Below are positions 62,488 to 64,000 of a stretch of DNA of 64,000 bases, piece by piece. Within the stretch, counting starts at the first letter, position 1, and every line of letters starts with the position of its first letter. The position numbers were made by a program, and so were the translations under genes. Source of the stretch: Balanoglossus misakiensis (lineage: Eukaryota > Animalia > Hemichordata); assembly GCA_040954595.2 (NCBI GenBank), contig CM082593.2:714759-778758 (forward strand). The letters are read 5' to 3'. The notes below the pieces were generated by a model, which saw only the letters and a program-made list of their open reading frames with translations, searched no databases and was not told where the DNA came from.

Positions 62488-64000
62488 CTGTAAATCAAAC
62501 AGAATTGTCCAGTGTTAATTTCTTTTATTGGTATACCTGTACCTTCATAGTATATGAAACAGTTTCGAATTAACTGTTTTCAATCTGATTCATTTCAGTG
62601 CAAAGTCAACCTGTAACATAGTGAACCCATAAAGAGAAAATTATGTGATAAATTTTTTATATTTGATTCAAATTCTTGGGAATTATAAAAATGTTTAATG
62701 TGTCACTGGGAATTACATTTCATATTGCATGTTTTTGTTTATGGGCGGAAATCCTTTTTGCATACACCAATTCAAGCTGCATGGTTGCTAACAACAAACC
62801 GGCAGTTGTTATAGTAACCACTGTCTGTGTGTCCAACAGGTTTTATCAAATTGCTATTACTCTATAAACCATGAGCCCCGTACTATGCCGTTTCAATCAA
62901 CACTGAAATCAATTGAAATCCACAGACACATTTCTCGATTTAATTACTACTCAGACTATGAACCACAAAGAGTGATACATTATGTGAAAGTGGGAAATAG
63001 AATTTCAAATTCTGTATTGCATTCCTTGACTGCGAGATACTCAAAGCAAGAATGATTGAATCCGCAAACCAATTGACGCCATCAGATGGAAAAGAAATTC
63101 TGTGAAGAGAAATAATCGAACACTCTAATACGGATGTGGTCGAAACATATTTTTACGTCATATACCTAATGGAAAGGATCTTTGGGTGATCTCATAGATA
63201 AATCATATTTTAATGCTGTAACAGTCCAAACCTTCAAAGTTATAAGTTGTATTTTTATCTGTGAAGGATTTCTTCTGAACGTAAAATGCATTTTTTATGT
63301 TGGATTGGCAAGCCATGTAATAAATCATTTAGTCCTGAATATCTCCTTCTGCTGTTGCGTTTAATAGCAAATGCGAAATCCCACTATTGCCTCAGGAATT
63401 CAAATTTGAAGGACTCTGAAATAAAAGTATTCTTAATAAACTGCACCAACTTAAAATCTGTTGCAGAATGTCATATGTTGATTGAACATAGTTTTATATG
63501 AATGCAGTGTACCGGTAGGATGGTTAATAATTTGTTGACTTCAACAAGATGCACTGGCTGTTACTGTTTTGTAATGGTGATGACATATAAATCCGAAAAA
63601 CCTGATTTTGACAGACTGGTTCTTTTCTCTCAGGCTAAAACTATTATAGCAAACACAAAACATGCAATTTCAAGAAAGCCTGAACCCAATCAGAGGGATT
63701 TCATAATGTCACATCATCGGGGAAATTATCAGTAAACTGCTACTTGACTCTTGACAGTAATACAACTCAAACTCAAACTCCAAGTAGAGTCTGGTTTTTA
63801 TTTCCACCAAAGGGCAGATCTGGTCACATGTCACCAATTCTTCGAATAGTCAAGTAGCAAAAGGAAATTCCAGACAGACTAAAGAAGTTTGGATTTCAAG
63901 TTTCAATTTTATTGAAGACAAAAAGGTCAGGATCTAACGTGTGAGTGCAACACATCAAGTGAGTGTATTGATGATATTGACATCAAACGACATTATTGAT

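Noticed and set aside
62488-64000. Search for the upstream NWD-like exon (expected to encode a ...F(I/L)SS... strand and end in phase 1)
   Set aside because: No matching reading frame with a suitable donor was found by eye; it probably lies beyond the window.

Overview
This is AT-rich eukaryotic genomic DNA with GT-AG introns, probably from an invertebrate animal; a non-vertebrate deuterostome is my inference and cannot be proven here. Three protein-coding genes can be assembled by hand with phase-consistent splice sites. (1) The last three coding exons of a class-III PLP aminotransferase-fold phospho-lyase (ETNPPL/PHYKPL-like, + strand, <1..882). (2) A complete Storkhead-box transcription factor CDS (STOX1/STOX2 pro-orthologue, + strand, join 4283..4613, 43989..46615, 985 aa), split by one 39,375-bp phase-1 intron that contains many RFX X-box-like palindromes. 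(3) Eighteen exons (about 1,606 codons, 5' end missing) of a convergent minus-strand STAND ATPase of the NWD1/NWD2 type, with a DUF4062-like N-terminus, a NACHT domain and about 14-15 WD40 repeats. It ends in a lysine-rich tail and a CaaX box (KNNKKSGVCIII*), which suggests a prenylated, membrane-anchored NACHT-WD40 protein and is the most notable observation. The non-coding DNA holds small MITE-like inverted-repeat elements, microsatellites, three poly-G tracts and an unexplained CpG-rich block between the two convergent 3' ends. I recognised no rRNA, tRNA, CRISPR array or intact transposase/RT. Most short ORFs in the track are noise. All homology calls are from recalled motifs, not from database searches.
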